Shown here: positions 61,213 to 64,000 of the stretch, one piece after another
How positions within the stretch are numbered: the first letter of the stretch is position 1
How the letters are laid out: each line of letters starts with the position of its first letter
Assembly: GCA_965238175.1 (NCBI GenBank)
Contig: CBDEGZ010000003.1
Coordinates: forward strand, 2,048,001-2,112,000
Length of the DNA stretch: 64,000 nt
Direction: 5' to 3'
Source: Gammaproteobacteria bacterium
Lineage (GTDB): Bacteria; Pseudomonadota; Gammaproteobacteria; CAJXQU01
Made by a program: the position numbers and the translations under genes
Notes under the pieces: model-generated
Told to the model about the DNA's origin: nothing
Seen by the model: only the letters and a program-made list of their open reading frames with translations
Database searches by the model: none

Positions 61213-61607
61213 ACACTAAACCAAAAACCATCGCGCAGCATATTAAATATTTTTTAATATTTCTTGTCGCCGCATTTCTGATCATTATGTCGGTGATTGT
61301 TATCGCTGATGACGGCTGGCTAGCTGGCGGCAACAAACTCGAAAACTGCCTAGACTTCGCTGACGCCGCCGCCGGCATTACATTACTAAATTCACAACAG
61401 AAAACACAACTTCACAGCAAGCTTGATCAACTTAATGACTATCGCGCTGGAATGTTACGCGACGCGCTAACCTTTGTTGTTTCAGAAAAAATCACCAATC
61501 CATTTACCGCAGAAAATATCGCTCTTAGCCGTTGCAGTGGCCATAAGAAATATGGCCCTACGTTATGGCAATGGAATACCGATGTTGGCTGGACGGGACC
61601 ATATTAA
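61209..61607 (+). CDS. Phage hypothetical membrane-anchored protein
   Basis: GTG overlapping the previous stop; N-terminal TM. Confidence 0.6.
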   Translation: MNTKPKTIAQHIKYFLIFLVAAFLIIMSVIVIADDGWLAGGNKLENCLDFADAAAGITLLNSQQKTQLHSKLDQLNDYRAGMLRDALTFVVSEKITNPFTAENIALSRCSGHKKYGPTLWQWNTDVGWTGPY

Positions 61608-61624
61608 ATTTAGGGAGTCGACTG

Positions 61625-61846
61625 ATGACAACAGAAATAATGCGCGTGCTTGGAAGGATTGAAGGGAAAGTTGATTGTATGAGTTCTCAAATAGATCACT
61701 TGCGAGACGGTGCTGTAGATCATGGAAAAAGAATTAATAAGTTGGAAGTGTCTGGTGCAAAAAATGCCGTCGTCGCAGGTGGTGTCGCCAGTGTCGGTGT
61801 TGCGCTGATCATTGCCACCGTAAAGTCAAAAATAGGGATGTCATGA
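61625..61846 (+). CDS. Phage coiled-coil + C-terminal TM protein
   Basis: LGRIEGKVD...R...LE...A..GG pattern before the small terminase; GGGAG RBS. Confidence 0.7.
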   Translation: MTTEIMRVLGRIEGKVDCMSSQIDHLRDGAVDHGKRINKLEVSGAKNAVVAGGVASVGVALIIATVKSKIGMS

Positions 61847-61850
61847 TCGG

Positions 61851-62348
61851 ATGCATGATCAAGCAATCAGAGACAAAGTTCGCAAAGCCTACGTTCATGA
61901 CCGTTTGGATTTAAAGGCGGCCTCTAAGCTTGCTGATGTCGGCTACCCAACGGGTTTGCGGTGGAAAAAATCGGCAGCAGAAAACGGAGACGACTGGGAT
62001 AAAGCCAGAGCTGCCAGCCGGATAGCTGCAGGTGGCGTTGGTGACATGACCACCCAAGTCCTCGAAGATTTCGCCATCATGTTTCAAGCCACGATAAAAC
62101 GGCTTAAAGACACTGAGAATATCAACCCGTTAGATGCTGCTAGTGCCATCGCGCAATTAAGTGATTCATACACCAAAGTGATGAAGGCCGCCGGTGGTTC
62201 TGATCGCAAATTAAACAAGCTGGCTGTCGCAATGGAAGTACTTAAATTGCTGTCAGAATTTACACGCGAAAATTACCCTGAAAACGTCGAATCATTTCTC
62301 GTTATGTTGGAACCTTTTGGTAATTATTTGAGTGCTGAACTTAAATGA
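61851..62348 (+). CDS. DUF1804 / Mu gp27-like small terminase
   Basis: VR.AYV, RWKK.A...GDDWDKAR.A, LEPFG. Confidence 0.85.
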   Translation: MHDQAIRDKVRKAYVHDRLDLKAASKLADVGYPTGLRWKKSAAENGDDWDKARAASRIAAGGVGDMTTQVLEDFAIMFQATIKRLKDTENINPLDAASAIAQLSDSYTKVMKAAGGSDRKLNKLAVAMEVLKLLSEFTRENYPENVESFLVMLEPFGNYLSAELK

Positions 62349-63952
62349 ATTATTCCGGCTCCGCATTTGAAAAAGAGCTTGCTGCTTTTGCTGAAGAACA
62401 GCGCCGACTTATTGAAGCTGAAGTCAGTGGTTTTTCGACTAATGTTGTTGATGGTAAAAAAAGACACGATAAAGCAACGAATGATTTTGAGTATTTTTGC
62501 CGCACCTATTTTCCGCATTATGTGAAGTCTGAAAAATCCGTTTTTCATCATTATGTTTATGAGGAAGCACCGAGACTTATTGATGCTGACAAGGGCTGTA
62601 AAGAAGCTGTTGACGCACCACGTGGTGAAGCAAAGTCGACGCTGTTTACACAGCTATTAAACTTGTGGGTCATTAACACTGAACGCAAGTATTATCCCGT
62701 CATCATCATGGATAGTTTTGACCAATCCTCAATGATGTTGGAGGCGATCAAGGCCGAGCTGGAACACAATCCAAGATTACGGCAGGACTTTCCTGAAGCG
62801 TGTGGTGCTGGGAGAGTTTGGCGTGCTGATGTGATTGTCACGGCCAATAATATAAAGGTTCAGGTGGCTGGCGTTGCGAAGAAAATTCGTGGCTGGCGAC
62901 ATGGTCCATATCGTCCTGATATGTTGACGTTGGATGATATCGAAAATGATGAAAACGTTCGATCGAAAACACAACGCGACAAGATTGAAAGCTGGTTAAA
63001 TAAGGCCGCTTTAAAGCTTGGTCCACCGGATGGATCAATGGATGTTTTTTACGTCGGCACCATCTTGCATTATGACTCGGTTTTAAATCGCACCAAGAAA
63101 AAACCTACCTGGCGATCGCATCATTTCCAAGCCATTATCGAATGGCCAGACAGAATGGATCTGTGGGATAAATGGGAAGAAATTCTCATTAATGACAGTG
63201 AAGAAGCAGCCGATCTTTTCTATAAAAAACGACGTAAAAAAATGGATGCCGGAGCGGTGGTTTCTTGGCCAGGTGTTCGTCCGATAGAACTACTAATGAA
63301 GATACGTGCGGATGATCATCATTCCTTTTCTTCAGAGTATCAGAATGATCCGTCCAATGATGAAAATGCACCGTTTAAAGAGATCCAATTCTGGGTGCAT
63401 AAGCAGCGATTCTGGATTTATTACGGCGCATGTGATCCGAGTCTTGGACGTCAAAATAAAGCGCGTGATCCGTCGGCAATATTGATCGGCGGTTTAGATA
63501 AAGAAACGGGAATTATGGATGTGGTAGAAGCACGAATAAGACGCCGCGTTCCCGACCTGATCATTTCTGACATTATCTCAATGCAGGAAGAATATAACTG
63601 TCTTTTATGGGGCATTGAAACCGTCGCGTTTCAAGAGTTTTTATACACTGAATTAGTAAAGCGCGGTCGTGAAATGGGCGTTCCAATTCCGGCGCGTGGC
63701 ATAAAACAACACACCGACAAAGCGATGCGGATCGAGTCTATGCAGCCGCATATTGCTCACGGCACAATCCGTTTGCACCGCTCACAAACAACGTTATTTG
63801 AACAGCTTCGGCATTACCCGGAAGCCGATCATGATGATGGCCCTGATGCGCTTGAAATGCTCTGGGGAATTGCTAATTCAGGCATGGGTGGATTACCCAC
63901 AGTAACTGGTTCAACCAGACGACAAAAAACCGCATACGCAGGATATGACTAA
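62345..63952 (+). CDS. Terminase large subunit (Mu gp28-like)
   Basis: APRGEAKST, RPD...LDDIE, EYQN.P, DPSLG, HDDGPDAL. Confidence 0.93.
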   Translation: MNYSGSAFEKELAAFAEEQRRLIEAEVSGFSTNVVDGKKRHDKATNDFEYFCRTYFPHYVKSEKSVFHHYVYEEAPRLIDADKGCKEAVDAPRGEAKSTLFTQLLNLWVINTERKYYPVIIMDSFDQSSMMLEAIKAELEHNPRLRQDFPEACGAGRVWRADVIVTANNIKVQVAGVAKKIRGWRHGPYRPDMLTLDDIENDENVRSKTQRDKIESWLNKAALKLGPPDGSMDVFYVGTILHYDSVLNRTKKKPTWRSHHFQAIIEWPDRMDLWDKWEEILINDSEEAADLFYKKRRKKMDAGAVVSWPGVRPIELLMKIRADDHHSFSSEYQNDPSNDENAPFKEIQFWVHKQRFWIYYGACDPSLGRQNKARDPSAILIGGLDKETGIMDVVEARIRRRVPDLIISDIISMQEEYNCLLWGIETVAFQEFLYTELVKRGREMGVPIPARGIKQHTDKAMRIESMQPHIAHGTIRLHRSQTTLFEQLRHYPEADHDDGPDALEMLWGIANSGMGGLPTVTGSTRRQKTAYAGYD

Positions 63953-64000
63953 TGGTAGATATTAACCCTAAAAGATTAACAGGAAAACGTGGTCTCGGAC
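63952..64000 (+). CDS. Start of the next phage gene (portal expected by synteny)
   Basis: TAATG coupling; only 16 codons visible. Confidence 0.4.
   Translation, partial: MVDINPKRLTGKRGLG

Larger units (their letters stand above)
52966..64000. mobile_element. Mu-like transposable prophage (partial, internally rearranged)
   Basis: Genes resembling Mu gam, gemA, mor, gp27, gp28 and gp45-gp48; TG end with repeated binding sites. Confidence 0.92.

Noticed and set aside
1-64000. CRISPR arrays, tRNA, rRNA, riboswitches
   Set aside because: None recognised by eye; a covariance-model scan would be needed to exclude small RNAs in the long intergenic regions (25.8-26.3, 29.05-29.5, 40.0-40.5 kb)

Overview
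This is a chromosomal window from an AT-rich gammaproteobacterium. Bases 1-9130 hold the conserved lpxD'-fabZ-lpxA-lpxB-rnhB-dnaE-accA-tilS block. Bases 9-22.7 kb hold a vWA-TM-FHA protein, an orphan MotA/ExbB-ExbD-like trio, a DUF302 protein, an L,D-transpeptidase, cytochrome b561, a PQQ/sorbosone dehydrogenase, a kinase plus sigma-54 regulator pair, and a cyclase-FHA/PP2C/ubiG/gph run. Bases 22.7-33.8 kb are eroded: an IS3 truncated by an IS481, an ABC-F gene split by a frameshifted IS30, a Fur-boxed cluster with a hidden frameshifted hemP, several other pseudogenes, and a Rieske oxygenase cassette bracketed by an 81-bp direct repeat. Bases 33.9-40 kb encode a czcICBA-type efflux system. The best candidate for an undescribed system is the 7-gene operon at 40.5-51.6 kb: a pentaheme, an AMIN-beta-barrel fusion, a membrane-anchored FNR-[2Fe-2S] protein, a tetraheme, a cNMP-binding-4x[4Fe-4S] protein, a 4-His membrane protein and a Cys-repeat decaheme. 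Together these read as a complete cytoplasm-to-surface electron conduit with a nucleotide-sensing module. From about 52966 onward lies a Mu-like transposable prophage. Its right end sits in the rlmG start, and its tail genes are inverted relative to the early, lysis and terminase genes. All calls come from reading motifs by eye; no database searches were run.
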